From: Barthelona sp. PCE
Taxonomy: Eukaryota
Direction: 5' to 3'
Assembly (NCBI GenBank): GCA_040285745.1
Contig: JAUFOR010000008.1
Span: forward strand, 1,922,001 to 1,986,000
DNA: 64,000 bases
Part shown: positions 51,819-62,634 of the stretch, piece by piece
Layout of the letters: every line of letters begins with the position of its first letter
Position numbering within the stretch: the stretch's first letter is position 1
Notes under the pieces: model-generated
What the model was told of the DNA's origin: nothing
The model's database searches: none
What the model saw: the letters and a program-made list of their open reading frames with translations, nothing else
Position numbers and translations under genes: made by a program

Positions 51819-52879
51819 TCAAGTCCAGCCAATTCGTTTTGGAACCTTCTTCGTGAATATATACTACGGCACACAGGACAAGAATATGAACCAGTGATTG
51901 TCTCAAAGGAACCAAGACATGCCTCGTGAAACAGATGGCCGCATGTTGTTACACAAACGCACCTCTTCTCGTCCTCAGTATCGATATCCTGTTGACAGAT
52001 AGGACACATATCGGATTTGTAAACAGTGATCTGCTCATTATCAAGTTCTCCTTCTCTTTTTTGTTTCAGCTCAAACACTGCTTCGCGGGCACGTCTGACT
52101 GCATCGTTGGCATCTGTTATTGCATCCTTCGACTGTTTGATGATGGCGTTTGTGTTTGCGTTGGTAACTACAGATACGCGCGCTAGACTCCTAGAGAACT
52201 GTCGCAGCATTGTTTCGGCCAAATACCGCATTCTTCTCTGATCCCTTACAGTTGGAAGCTGTCCCAGCGTTCTTAAATTTTTGCGAGTTGTGTAACTGCG
52301 GAAACATGCTTGAATAAGTGTGGCTGCCTTGTTTCTAAGCAGCTGGAACGGCTCCTGACTTTCCATAACCTCGGTGTACCGATTTCTACATAACGGACAG
52401 ATAGGAGTTGATGTAAATTTTTCCAACGAAGCAAGGCAAGTCTTGTGAATGACGTGTTTGCACGGTAAAACAACGCAATCTGGCGTATTGAAGCTCTCAA
52501 AGCAAATTGGGCAGCACTCCTCCATGAAACCTCCTTGCTTTGAAGCAGATAGTATGTCTAACCACTCAGGATCTGAGATTTTGGCAACGTTTTCAGTTAA
52601 GCCCAGCTGTTCCGCCATAGTCATATGTACTCCAGGTCGGAAATCCACATCATTCTCATCAAAAACAATAGTTTCAGAATTTCTGCGATTAACCAAGTCT
52701 TTAGACTTTCGCACGTGCTTTTTAGGCTTTTTAGACCTCACAGTGTGTAAGCTCAGATCAACTTTCGATAACAGTTCTTGCTGCAGTGCAACGCTTGTAT
52801 AGAGTCCTGAGGATCGTTTAAATTTTGGATTTGGATGTTTTGCTCGAGTGTTCCCGAAACGCGTCCTGTTCTTTGGCAT
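51815..52879 (-). CDS. RNF32: RNF32-like protein (two RING-H2 fingers flanking an IQ motif)
   Basis: MTMAEQLGL; CPIC...PCKHVIHKTCLASLEKF...CPLCR; IQACFRSY; CPIC...CGHLFHEAC...CPVCR. First ATG at 52879. Confidence 0.82.
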   Translation of the reverse strand: MPKNRTRFGNTRAKHPNPKFKRSSGLYTSVALQQELLSKVDLSLHTVRSKKPKKHVRKSKDLVNRRNSETIVFDENDVDFRPGVHMTMAEQLGLTENVAKISDPEWLDILSASKQGGFMEECCPICFESFNTPDCVVLPCKHVIHKTCLASLEKFTSTPICPLCRNRYTEVMESQEPFQLLRNKAATLIQACFRSYTTRKNLRTLGQLPTVRDQRRMRYLAETMLRQFSRSLARVSVVTNANTNAIIKQSKDAITDANDAVRRAREAVFELKQKREGELDNEQITVYKSDMCPICQQDIDTEDEKRCVCVTTCGHLFHEACLGSFETITGSYSCPVCRSIYSRRRFQNELAGLD

Positions 52880-52941
52880 GTTAAAATTTGCAAAGAACTT
52901 GAAAGAGTTGAAAATCAAAACTACAAAAAAAATTTTACTGC

Positions 52942-53694
52942 TCAATTAATATCAGGTTTTATCACAACTAATGGACTACTCTCAGAAATTTCAACAACCA
53001 TAGCACCATTTTTCATATCTTCAACACTAATAATGTAATCCCTTAAATCAAATGAAAAGCTCCCAAAAAACAGCATCATGAAGAATACACTAAAGTACTG
53101 AAGAATGGCAGCAAATTGTCTTTTAGGAAATCCCAAAACATAAGATGGAACAAATGGAACTGCAAGTATAGATATGTAAGGGAAAGCAAACAAAAAGAGT
53201 AGCACTAACGATATCAATTTAAATCTCAATTGTTTTGTGATATTCTTGCTGCGCGGTTTCGGATTAACGATGTATAGTGCAATAATCAAAATTAATGCAA
53301 CGCACAATGCTGCAATGAAGTACAGCTGAGCAAAGCTTGTATGTAAAATAAGGTAATCATATGTATCTACAATGCTTAAGCAAAAAAGCCCGATCCAACT
53401 TAGGAAAGAACCCAAATATTTTGATAAATGTAACCAAAAACGAAGACCCTTTGAATTTGTCTTCCTGAGAAGCTTATCAGACATGATAAACATTGTCGAA
53501 GCTTGGAGAAAACTGGAAATGGAAAGCCCAAAGGTGAAGACAAATGCTTCAGGCTCCCTTCCTCCCGTCTCTGAGAAGAAAGGTATGCCGTCAACGTGCC
53601 CATTCATGTGAGCCCAGATATAACATGTTAGAATAGTTGCGGCCGCAATAAAACAGCCGAGTGCAGGTATTTTTTTAAACCCAATGTTGACCAT
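52942..53694 (-). CDS. Frag1/DRAM/TMEM150/Sfk1-family membrane protein
   Basis: 6 TM segments; PFFSETGGREPEAFVF, LHTSFA and AAILQY. Confidence 0.82.
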   Translation of the reverse strand: MVNIGFKKIPALGCFIAAATILTCYIWAHMNGHVDGIPFFSETGGREPEAFVFTFGLSISSFLQASTMFIMSDKLLRKTNSKGLRFWLHLSKYLGSFLSWIGLFCLSIVDTYDYLILHTSFAQLYFIAALCVALILIIALYIVNPKPRSKNITKQLRFKLISLVLLFLFAFPYISILAVPFVPSYVLGFPKRQFAAILQYFSVFFMMLFFGSFSFDLRDYIISVEDMKNGAMVVEISESSPLVVIKPDIN

Positions 53695-54007
53695 TGCTCA
53701 AAAAGTGTTCAGAGGCAAAAAATTGAATGAAAAGCGTCGAATTATGAGAAGCAAAAAATCTGTACATCACTTCTGGTTTTACTTTTTCAAAAGATGAAGT
53801 AATCTGGAATATGTATGTGAATAACAATTTCACGCTATATGGTGTCTTTTTCTAGAAACACACCACAGATTGCAAATCTTTACGTGTGATCATGAATATG
53901 GTATATACTTTCGTAAATAACTTTAATTTGTCAATGTTAGTCATTATAATGCACTAAAAAGTGTAAGAATGATATTGGTGTTGTTTTTTCGATTCTGACT
54001 CAATTCA

Positions 54008-56578
54008 ATGAGTACAATTCGCCGCGCACTGGTATTGTTGGAAGATTCCAACCCTAATCGTCGCTACAGGGGTTTAAAGATGTTAGCAAAAGAGAATTCA
54101 CTAGTTTTTGAGGATTTAGTGGATCTAAGAGATAACTTTGTGTTATTTCCGTTATTCAGGGATGTTTTGGACTGTAATAGGGAGTTGTCACTGCAAATAA
54201 CAACCACAGTATTCAAAAAAAGCGATATGGGCCTGGCAAGTTTGGAAGCAAAAGATTTTATTTTGGCGCTTTGTGAAATGATGATATCCAAAGCAGGCAC
54301 TGGCAAGTGCGAGGAGGAAAGTGAACATGTGCGGCTTGCATGTTTAGAGCTGTTACAGTTCTTTATAGTCACACTTACTGCAGGTTGTCTTGCTTTCATC
54401 GAGATGATTTGTCAGTCAATGGCTTCAATGTTGTATGATAATACACCAAAGATACTGCAGACTGCATGTAAGATTTGTGTTACGATGGCAGACAGTGAAG
54501 AATTGGCAACACTTTATCAGCAGCACTGTTTGATATTACTGCGTCCTCTTTTCATTAATGTGCTGAGTCACAGAAGGCAGAAGGTAAGGGAGGCAGGCCT
54601 TCGCGCGCTCAAAAAACCTGTATACCATCACAGTAACTGCTTCGAAACGGAAGAATATGTCAAGATAATAATTCGCTTTATCATAAAGAATCAGACTCAT
54701 CCTATGATACTCACCGAAATGGCTATTGTTGGTCTCCACTGGGCAGGCCTTAACAAGGAGCGAGTGGAAATGCAACATTGTTCTCAGTTCTCAGAGATTG
54801 TCTTTATGCTCTTTATGAGTGGTCTTGGAAGCCCCTGTCAAGATACATGTGAGCAAGTTTTCAATATGTTGAACGACATGGGCCCAATCTATGAGCAATG
54901 GAAACGTGACACAAAGCAGTTGAATCAGATCGGGGACGCGCTTAACTTTGGATCAACATCAATGTTTTACACTGCCAGAGATTTGAGTGATGATGAAGTG
55001 GTGGAACGCATCGAGCATTTGAACAAGGTGTGTCCCCACATTCTGCTATCAAGATTTTTTGACATGCACCCTTGTACTCGACTGTTTGTAATTGACAGAT
55101 ACGTCAAATTGCTCAAGTTTGTCAGTATGGGTTTGACCAGCTGGACATCATCGGACACACCATTCTACTGTAACATTCTACAGTCTCTGCTGCTTTTTGG
55201 AGGTCGTGAAGTTGTGGGACATTTGCATAATTTAGTCCCAGCGCTCATTGATGTCAATACAGAGGATAGCAGACTGGTGGAAAAGGTATGGTCTCTTTTA
55301 GCAGCCCTTGTTCCGCTCGATAGTCTTCTCAACACACTGTTTATCGCCAAGCCTCATGAGCATCTAGACATTGTCAAGTCGAAACTGGATGCACTGGGTC
55401 ATATTCTTGTTGGGTTGAAGGAAAGTGATATCACACAAAAGGCATGTGATATTATTGACGAGTTTGCTGACAAGATGGAGTTCTTCACATTTACTGACGC
55501 TGACTTCCATCGTTCACTACACAAGTTCATTAGCGTTGTGTCAAGGCAGCCTTACGAGTGCTTTAAGGATGATGTGACAATGCACAGGTATGTATTTGCA
55601 TATTGCCATTTACAGAAGGAGATCTATACTGATTCCAGTGATATTGAGTTGAACAATTGGCCATCACAGGCTGAAATTATATGTAATCAGTTTGAAACAC
55701 TTTTCTTAAAGGTTTTGGGCGAAGAGAATTATACTGCTTTGTATTGGTTATTCTGTTTGGTATTTGATGACGAGGATCGAGTTACTCTAGATGACGAGAC
55801 TAAAAGAATGATATGGAACAAGTTCATAACAGTTTTGATTGGAGCTAAGACTGAAAAGACTTATAATGTTCATACACTCATTGGTATTCTCAAGATTTCT
55901 GCCCAATTTATTGGTCATTTAGTTCCCTTCTCGTCCGAAGTTTTGCAATTCTTGGTTGAATGTTCAGTGTGGAAAGCAGGTCCTGATGAGTTTTTGGTCA
56001 GATTTTACGCACTGAAGACATTGAGAGGATTGCTTGAGCAAACATCATTCGTTGATGACTTTGATGTTGAGGTGCTTGTTGGTAATTGTTTGGTCAGTGC
56101 AGAGGTTGAGCCAGCAGTCTATGGTGAGTCAAAAAAGAATCCTAGATGGATTCCCATTCTCGAACACACAGATGAGCTACGAGCAACTTCAATGTATATT
56201 TTAAATAAGATATTTATTTGTGGTCATCATATGTCAGATAAACAGCTCGTTAATATATGTCAGGCAGCATTAGTATCATTTGGAGATCCTTATAACGAGG
56301 TACGTTTACACGCAGCCTCTGTGTTCAATCATGCCTATCTTATTTACCAACAGTTGATCGACCCACCAAAGAGTGAGCTCGAATGGCAGTACCACAAGGA
56401 CTTTGAAGATGAAACAGCAAAGCAGTTTAATCGTTACCATAAACCGATCCAACCACCTCTATTGTCAAAGACTGATAAGATTGCAGAGTGGACTGAGCTT
56501 CACATTGATGACGCTAAGTCAGATAACTGCACTTTATTAGTTGAACGCTTAAGATCAGTACTCCAAATTGTGAACTAG
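54008..56578 (+). CDS. HEAT-repeat protein, DNAAF5/HEATR2-like
   Basis: 856 aa, helical; LEDSNPNRRYRGL, EESEHVRL, HRRQKVR and WKAG resemble the dynein assembly factor HEATR2. Confidence 0.7.
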   Translation: MSTIRRALVLLEDSNPNRRYRGLKMLAKENSLVFEDLVDLRDNFVLFPLFRDVLDCNRELSLQITTTVFKKSDMGLASLEAKDFILALCEMMISKAGTGKCEEESEHVRLACLELLQFFIVTLTAGCLAFIEMICQSMASMLYDNTPKILQTACKICVTMADSEELATLYQQHCLILLRPLFINVLSHRRQKVREAGLRALKKPVYHHSNCFETEEYVKIIIRFIIKNQTHPMILTEMAIVGLHWAGLNKERVEMQHCSQFSEIVFMLFMSGLGSPCQDTCEQVFNMLNDMGPIYEQWKRDTKQLNQIGDALNFGSTSMFYTARDLSDDEVVERIEHLNKVCPHILLSRFFDMHPCTRLFVIDRYVKLLKFVSMGLTSWTSSDTPFYCNILQSLLLFGGREVVGHLHNLVPALIDVNTEDSRLVEKVWSLLAALVPLDSLLNTLFIAKPHEHLDIVKSKLDALGHILVGLKESDITQKACDIIDEFADKMEFFTFTDADFHRSLHKFISVVSRQPYECFKDDVTMHRYVFAYCHLQKEIYTDSSDIELNNWPSQAEIICNQFETLFLKVLGEENYTALYWLFCLVFDDEDRVTLDDETKRMIWNKFITVLIGAKTEKTYNVHTLIGILKISAQFIGHLVPFSSEVLQFLVECSVWKAGPDEFLVRFYALKTLRGLLEQTSFVDDFDVEVLVGNCLVSAEVEPAVYGESKKNPRWIPILEHTDELRATSMYILNKIFICGHHMSDKQLVNICQAALVSFGDPYNEVRLHAASVFNHAYLIYQQLIDPPKSELEWQYHKDFEDETAKQFNRYHKPIQPPLLSKTDKIAEWTELHIDDAKSDNCTLLVERLRSVLQIVN

Positions 56579-56582
56579 TAAA

Positions 56583-58730
56583 TTATACACGTAAGTTTTG
56601 ATTGAGTCCACTGACCTTTGTCTTGAAACGTTGTAGCTCTGTGTGGACCGATGTTAGTTTCATGTGATATTCATTAATGAGATTTTCATAGTTATGATTC
56701 TCTTCCACAAGCTTCTTATTTGTTGCTTTGAGTTCATCCAGGTCGCCCAGATCGTTCATAGACTCAAGTTCACGGTGAGTTCTGTAAGAGTTAATCGTTT
56801 CTGATGCCCTATTGTTCTCTTCCTTTGTAACCTCCAATTTCCTTGTCATATCCTTAAGCTGTACCTCCATGGCATGATATCTATTATCCTTTTCAATGCT
56901 AGTGCTGGAAATGATCTCCAACTCACCTTCGACTGCGTTGATTTTTTCTAAAAGCTGAATGTTGTGTGTTTCGTGGGAGTTTGCCCGTTTGATAGCGGCA
57001 TTTCTTTCCTCCATGAGCTTGTCCATTTCCTTTTGCATATTTTTCAATTTGCTAATGGGAACTGTATCTTGTGAACTCAAAATGGTGGTGGACAAATCAT
57101 CCATTTCCTTTTTCAATTTCTTGATTTGCAAATCAAGAGCAATGTTTTCGGTTGCACTGCGCTCTACAAGGGCCTCCAGATCATTATTCTGCTTCCTTGA
57201 TTCTTTTAAGTCCGATCGCAAGTCATCAACAGTATCCTTCAATTTGGTTATGGCGGTGTTCTCAATTTTCTTAATGCGTTCAGCAACAATATCGTCGATA
57301 GACCTATGCATGGTCAACGCCTGTGTGATACCATCAATAGTACTTTCCAGTGAATCATCAGTGCTAAACAGTCTTCTTGACGAGTTAATCATCATGCTAT
57401 TGTCTGCGTTAGAGAAACCATTGGGCGTCTGACTTGCATTTAACGAAAATGTCCAATCATCTTCCACCTGCTCTTTAACACTCAAAAGGTCCAACTCGTT
57501 CTGGAGTCGGGCATTTTCCTTTGCCAAATCGGATTTGTCACTAATTGATTCAGAAAGCTGTCGACTAAGAAACTGGTTCTGTTGCAGCACCCTATCACGC
57601 TCCGCTGCAGCATCCAGTGCCTCTTGGCGCAGTTTTTCTGTGTCATTATCTAATTGGTTGGCAATGTCAACAACTTGCTGGATATGATCGTTCACTTTAT
57701 CATTATCAAGCTTTAATGCCGTATTTTCTTCAGTTAAGCTGACTATTTCACGCTTAAAATGCTCAATATCGTCATTTAATTGTGCAATGTTATTATTTGC
57801 TTCGTCCAACGCCAAAGACCCATCCATTTTTGTTTTGATCATAACTGTTTCAGCATTTTTCCTTGCCTCATGGAGCTCAATCTCTTGCTTCCTGTAGTCA
57901 TCTTTCAGCTTATTGATTTCTTTCATCATATCAGACTTCTTTGCTTCAGAGTTACTTTTCACACGCTCTAGTTCGTCTTTTCTCATATTGCTCATACGCT
58001 CGTTGTGATTCAGTTCGGTCTGCAAAGACGATATGGATTCATTCAAATTGTGTACTTGTTGTTGAAGCTTGTACACTTCCTGATCTTTCTGTTCCAATTG
58101 TTTAGAAACACGATTAAAATTATTTTGTTGCTCTATCATTTCCTTCTTGTGTAATTCGAATACATCCTCTTTCTTTTTCATCTCAGTTTCCTTATTTTTA
58201 AAATTATTCAGGTCTTCTAATAAAGTTGTATGTTCTTCATGTAAATTTTTCATTTCGGTTTTTAAAGAAGTGTATTCTCGACGTGTTTTGTGAAGATCTT
58301 CAGCAAGAGCCATCTTCTCCTCCTCATGTGCTTCTTCTAAATCATGTAAACGTCTGTCAATATCCCTAGATTTTCTTTCATAATGATTAATCGAATTCTG
58401 GAGTTGTTCAGTTTTCTCTTGGGTATTTGAAGTGCGTGGTGTTCTTGTTTCTATCAAAGTACTGAACATATCGTCTTCAGACTCCATTATACTATTATCA
58501 ATTTCGTCAAAGTTAATTTTCGTCTTTGTCTCTTTGTCAAAATTGGGTGTTTCAACAGAGTGGTATGATTTCCTTCTGCTGAGCACGGGAGATATGGCAG
58601 ATTTCCTAATATACTCGGGAAATTGGTCCGATAATCTCACTTTGTTTGAACGTTTTGCGCTCCTTTTGTTAATGTTAAATGGTGATGACGGATTCGGGGA
58701 ATTCCGAAGTCGTTTGGCACTTTCACTCAT
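56583..58730 (-). CDS. Long coiled-coil protein, uncharacterised
   Basis: 715 aa; SP/TP-rich N-terminus followed by extended heptads. Confidence 0.85.
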   Translation of the reverse strand: MSESAKRLRNSPNPSSPFNINKRSAKRSNKVRLSDQFPEYIRKSAISPVLSRRKSYHSVETPNFDKETKTKINFDEIDNSIMESEDDMFSTLIETRTPRTSNTQEKTEQLQNSINHYERKSRDIDRRLHDLEEAHEEEKMALAEDLHKTRREYTSLKTEMKNLHEEHTTLLEDLNNFKNKETEMKKKEDVFELHKKEMIEQQNNFNRVSKQLEQKDQEVYKLQQQVHNLNESISSLQTELNHNERMSNMRKDELERVKSNSEAKKSDMMKEINKLKDDYRKQEIELHEARKNAETVMIKTKMDGSLALDEANNNIAQLNDDIEHFKREIVSLTEENTALKLDNDKVNDHIQQVVDIANQLDNDTEKLRQEALDAAAERDRVLQQNQFLSRQLSESISDKSDLAKENARLQNELDLLSVKEQVEDDWTFSLNASQTPNGFSNADNSMMINSSRRLFSTDDSLESTIDGITQALTMHRSIDDIVAERIKKIENTAITKLKDTVDDLRSDLKESRKQNNDLEALVERSATENIALDLQIKKLKKEMDDLSTTILSSQDTVPISKLKNMQKEMDKLMEERNAAIKRANSHETHNIQLLEKINAVEGELEIISSTSIEKDNRYHAMEVQLKDMTRKLEVTKEENNRASETINSYRTHRELESMNDLGDLDELKATNKKLVEENHNYENLINEYHMKLTSVHTELQRFKTKVSGLNQNLRV

Positions 58731-58828
58731 TTCTAAAGAAGAAGAGTGCTCGAAAAGGTGTTAAATAATCTTTACACCTTTTCGGGTTATTTTGTTTTGG
58801 GCACTCGCGATATATTGGGATTAATGTG

Positions 58829-60427
58829 ATGGCAGAGGAAGAGAATAAGAGTGAAAGTGAAGAGGTCGTTAAATATTTTGGTCATGAGTCATCTGTCGAT
58901 TATTTGGGTGTAGATATTGGACCCTGTCGGTGGGTACAGACAGAGGGTCCCTCTGATGAGGTTGTTACTATCACAAGACTTTATCATTACTTCAAAAGTG
59001 TTCGATCAACGCTTAATACGCTTCAACAACAGTTATCACGTGCCGAACGCAAGATTAACTACAAATTCAAAGTCCAGCTAGTTGATAAATTGAAAGATTT
59101 CTATAAAAATCTTTTTAAGGAGATGAGGACACTTGATGCTGTTCAAAATACACCTCAGAATGCGCCAGAAAACGCACAAGGGTATTCGAATTGGACACAG
59201 CGGATGAAAAGTGATCTATTCAAGCAGGCACAGAATTACCATTACACGACAGAGGAGAATATAGATATACCTGCATCAGAAATGTACACTAATACAGTAA
59301 TTGAATATGAGATGCAACTAGACGCGGTTCTTGAGCAACTACATGCTTCGAAAAAGACCATTTTCGATCAAGAGGAACAGATTCGAAATTTAGAGGATAA
59401 GATAACAGTTTTAAATGAAAGGATCAGTGGATTGAAACTGCAGATATCATCCCTTGAGCAGGATAGGGATCGTGTGGAGAATACCAATCACGCAATTATT
59501 GAAAATCAAAGAAAAAGAATTGAAAATTTAAAACGAGCATTGGAGGAGTTAGAAACAGAAAGAAAAGCTGATATACATCGATTTGACGCCCAAAAGAAGT
59601 CCATAGTTGCGGAGTATGATCGTAGGATAGAGTTCATGAATGCTACTCACGCTACTCAATTGTCCGATTTAGAAAATAAGCTTGTAACGATGTATGAAGC
59701 TAAGATAGCTGATATATCAGAAAATCACGATGAAGTTGTTGCAAAATCAAAGCATTTTGAGGGTAAGGTGAAGAAATTGGAGAGCACAATACAATCACAA
59801 AGATTGATGCATACATCTGTTGTTGATAATTTGAATTCGATAATTGATGATCTGAAGAAAAAGAATTCGTCAGCAGAGTCTGATGATCAATTTGGATTTG
59901 ATTTAGGATTCAATGTTGGAAATTCTCGTTCAAACAGTGCTAGAACAAAACCGAAAAAGAAAGATAATCAGTTTGGTATACAAAATGCTATGCAGCGTTT
60001 AGAAGAAAAGAGTAACAGGAAACCCAAACACTTTAGACCAAAAAAACCGCCAAAGATTGTTAAACCAGTTGCTGGTCTTGATAGTCCAAATACTTCCCGA
60101 CCAACATCATCACAAAGACCGATGTTAAGGACCTCATTGAAACCAATTGCGCAATTGGATCAGAGCGGAACGTTGGAGGTGATGACAGTTGGATCAAAGA
60201 AATCGGAGCGTGTTAGAACTCCCATTGATTATTCACAGCTTAATTTAACAAAGAACTCCAAGATGTTACTTGATTATTCAATGAGTCTACGGACACCAAG
60301 AAAGAAGAAAGCGGAGGTGCCAAAATTAGATCTTGTGAAACCAACGTTGCATGATGGTTATTTTCATCCTGGTATGAATCAGACTGAAGTTGATATTTTA
60401 TTAACAGGCACTCGTTCACTTGATTAG
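58829..60427 (+). CDS. Coiled-coil protein with a basic disordered C-terminus
   Basis: About 532-aa ORF, first ATG at 58829. Confidence 0.85.
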   Translation: MAEEENKSESEEVVKYFGHESSVDYLGVDIGPCRWVQTEGPSDEVVTITRLYHYFKSVRSTLNTLQQQLSRAERKINYKFKVQLVDKLKDFYKNLFKEMRTLDAVQNTPQNAPENAQGYSNWTQRMKSDLFKQAQNYHYTTEENIDIPASEMYTNTVIEYEMQLDAVLEQLHASKKTIFDQEEQIRNLEDKITVLNERISGLKLQISSLEQDRDRVENTNHAIIENQRKRIENLKRALEELETERKADIHRFDAQKKSIVAEYDRRIEFMNATHATQLSDLENKLVTMYEAKIADISENHDEVVAKSKHFEGKVKKLESTIQSQRLMHTSVVDNLNSIIDDLKKKNSSAESDDQFGFDLGFNVGNSRSNSARTKPKKKDNQFGIQNAMQRLEEKSNRKPKHFRPKKPPKIVKPVAGLDSPNTSRPTSSQRPMLRTSLKPIAQLDQSGTLEVMTVGSKKSERVRTPIDYSQLNLTKNSKMLLDYSMSLRTPRKKKAEVPKLDLVKPTLHDGYFHPGMNQTEVDILLTGTRSLD

Positions 60428-60432
60428 ACCGA

Positions 60433-62634
60433 TCAGCGAAGTAAATCTGTTTCCCAATGAATCAGTTGAATTAATTGAGTTATTATCTGTATTGTCTTTG
60501 TTGAAGAAAATTTGGAAAAAATGGTTTCAATATCTTCATTTTGATTACTTGACATAGTTTCCAATGCTGCCACCACAGTCGGCTTGTCATTCTGTGTGTT
60601 ATGAATAGTGCGGTGGAAATAATTGTACAGAACCATCAAATCATCAAAACCCAATTGTGTTTCAAGTAACATTCGTAATTCTTCTATTTTACGCATCAAA
60701 TTACTCTTATCAACATAATCTGTGGAATCATCTACTACTTCAGGCGTTGTTTTGTATGATTTGGTAGGACTTGCAACCACTGTCGAAATCAAAGTACTTA
60801 TGTTCTCAACATCGTAGAGATTCTTGATAGAGTTTAACTGATTAGGTAGAGCTGTTTGGAACTCATCATAATCGATGCTGTCCTCATCTGTACTCATATT
60901 ATCATCTAATAACCCAGCAGCGTTCTCGTTAAGACTGCGCTGGATTTCTTGCATCTCTTCGTTCGAAATAACAACAGTCACATCATCATCATTATCCATC
61001 AAGTTCTCTTCTGAAGGGGTGAAGCGATTTATGACCGGAGGCTCGGTGGGGATTGGTGCAGACCGTTCAGGAACATAAATTTGTACAGGGATATCGTTGC
61101 TAACTGTTTCCACGGGTTTTGGTCTTGTTGCATTAGGAACACACACTTCAACGATAAAATCATCCTTTTTCGTTTTCTTACGTCTCTGCTTTAAGAAAGA
61201 TGATAGGGCAGCACGTTCCTTCTTTCTTTTGTTTTTCATCATTTCTTTTCGTTCATTATTCTCTTCTTCATACTTACTTTTAACGGGTGAATGTGTCTCC
61301 GGAATAGCAACAGTTGTTTCATTCATTTTCGCCTTTTTCTTCGCCTGCGCCCTTATCTCACGGATGGAAAGTCTGCCCTTGACATTTTTCAGACGTTTAA
61401 GCTCTTGCTCATGTTTTTTCAAATCTTCTTGAGATTGAATACGAGATCTATCACGCTTAAGAATCTTATGTTCTTTTTTAGGATCCTTGTCTGCATGCTT
61501 TGCCATTAAGCGTGCTCTGGAATTATTTCTTTGAACACGATTCTTCTCTTTTGTTGCACGACTACTTTCCTTTGTTCTACTATTTGCTCTTGGTTTTTGT
61601 CGTCGTACCTTCGGTTCAGCTGTAGGCTCGGGCGCAACAGGCGAGCGGACATTATGGTTCGCTGGACTGGCCTTTCCTTCTGAGAAACTTGCCAACCCCG
61701 CTTGAAGCTCCATCAATTGCTCATAGTTATCGTTAGCATTTCTCTTCCACGTGGCATTGGCAGGTTTTGCAGGCTCCTGTCTTGACTCTTGTTCAGCCAC
61801 CTGTTTCTTGATTGTCGTATGTCTATTTAACCAACGCTCTTGATGTCTTCTCACGTATGGCATGTTCAAAATATCTCTTGCTGAAGGGCGCTTTGTAGGA
61901 TCAACCTTCAGCAAATCATCCACCAACTGATGTAACTCAAAAGGCATGCTGTCGGGAATTGGTTCATAACGTCCGCTTAAAATAGACAAAATGAGTGCAG
62001 GAAGACTGTTTGCCTTAAATGCATACTTTAAACAACACAACTCATATAGAACACAACCCAAACTCCATATATCACTCTTATCGTTGTACGGTTTGTCCTC
62101 ACAAATTTCCGGAGAAAGATAATATGGAGTCCCTATTGAGGTTTTGGCAAAATCACCAGGCTCAAGTACCCGCGAAATTCCAAAGTCTCCAAGTTTGATT
62201 ACACCACCTGAGCACACAAATATGTTACTGGTCTTTAAATCTCGATGTAAAATTCTGTTTTCATGCATATGTGCAAGTGCAAGAACAATTTGGATAAAAA
62301 CATCCATGATTTGATCTTCAAGCAGGTATCTATTGTTCTTTCGGCGCTTTTTAAGGAGTTTTGAAAGATCTCCAGAATCTGCAAAGTCCATAACAATAAC
62401 AAAGTCTGCCTCATTTTCATCAAAGAACGATTCGTAAAAGGAGATAATGTTTGGGTGGTCAAAGCGGCTAATGACCTCAACTTCGTTGAGAACTGCAGCC
62501 AATTCATCATCACTCATTCCATCCGTGCAAATTTTTTTTAAGCAAACGTATCTCTTAGATTTTAGGTCCCTAGCAAGCATGATGAGCCCGTATGCCCCCT
62601 GGCCGAGTATCCTTATCTCTTCAAAGTTATCCAT
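60433..62634 (-). CDS. NEK: NIMA-related (NEK) protein kinase
   Basis: GQGAYG, HRDLKTSNIF, DFG, IGTPYYLSPE, YNDKSDIWSLGC and a NEK1-like C-terminal IEELRMLLETQLG. Confidence 0.95.
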   Translation of the reverse strand: MDNFEEIRILGQGAYGLIMLARDLKSKRYVCLKKICTDGMSDDELAAVLNEVEVISRFDHPNIISFYESFFDENEADFVIVMDFADSGDLSKLLKKRRKNNRYLLEDQIMDVFIQIVLALAHMHENRILHRDLKTSNIFVCSGGVIKLGDFGISRVLEPGDFAKTSIGTPYYLSPEICEDKPYNDKSDIWSLGCVLYELCCLKYAFKANSLPALILSILSGRYEPIPDSMPFELHQLVDDLLKVDPTKRPSARDILNMPYVRRHQERWLNRHTTIKKQVAEQESRQEPAKPANATWKRNANDNYEQLMELQAGLASFSEGKASPANHNVRSPVAPEPTAEPKVRRQKPRANSRTKESSRATKEKNRVQRNNSRARLMAKHADKDPKKEHKILKRDRSRIQSQEDLKKHEQELKRLKNVKGRLSIREIRAQAKKKAKMNETTVAIPETHSPVKSKYEEENNERKEMMKNKRKKERAALSSFLKQRRKKTKKDDFIVEVCVPNATRPKPVETVSNDIPVQIYVPERSAPIPTEPPVINRFTPSEENLMDNDDDVTVVISNEEMQEIQRSLNENAAGLLDDNMSTDEDSIDYDEFQTALPNQLNSIKNLYDVENISTLISTVVASPTKSYKTTPEVVDDSTDYVDKSNLMRKIEELRMLLETQLGFDDLMVLYNYFHRTIHNTQNDKPTVVAALETMSSNQNEDIETIFSKFSSTKTIQIITQLIQLIHWETDLLR

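Noticed and set aside
52880..52945. Apparent overlap of the DRAM stop with the RNF32 start
   Set aside because: The ORF track used a TTG start; the first ATG is at 52879.
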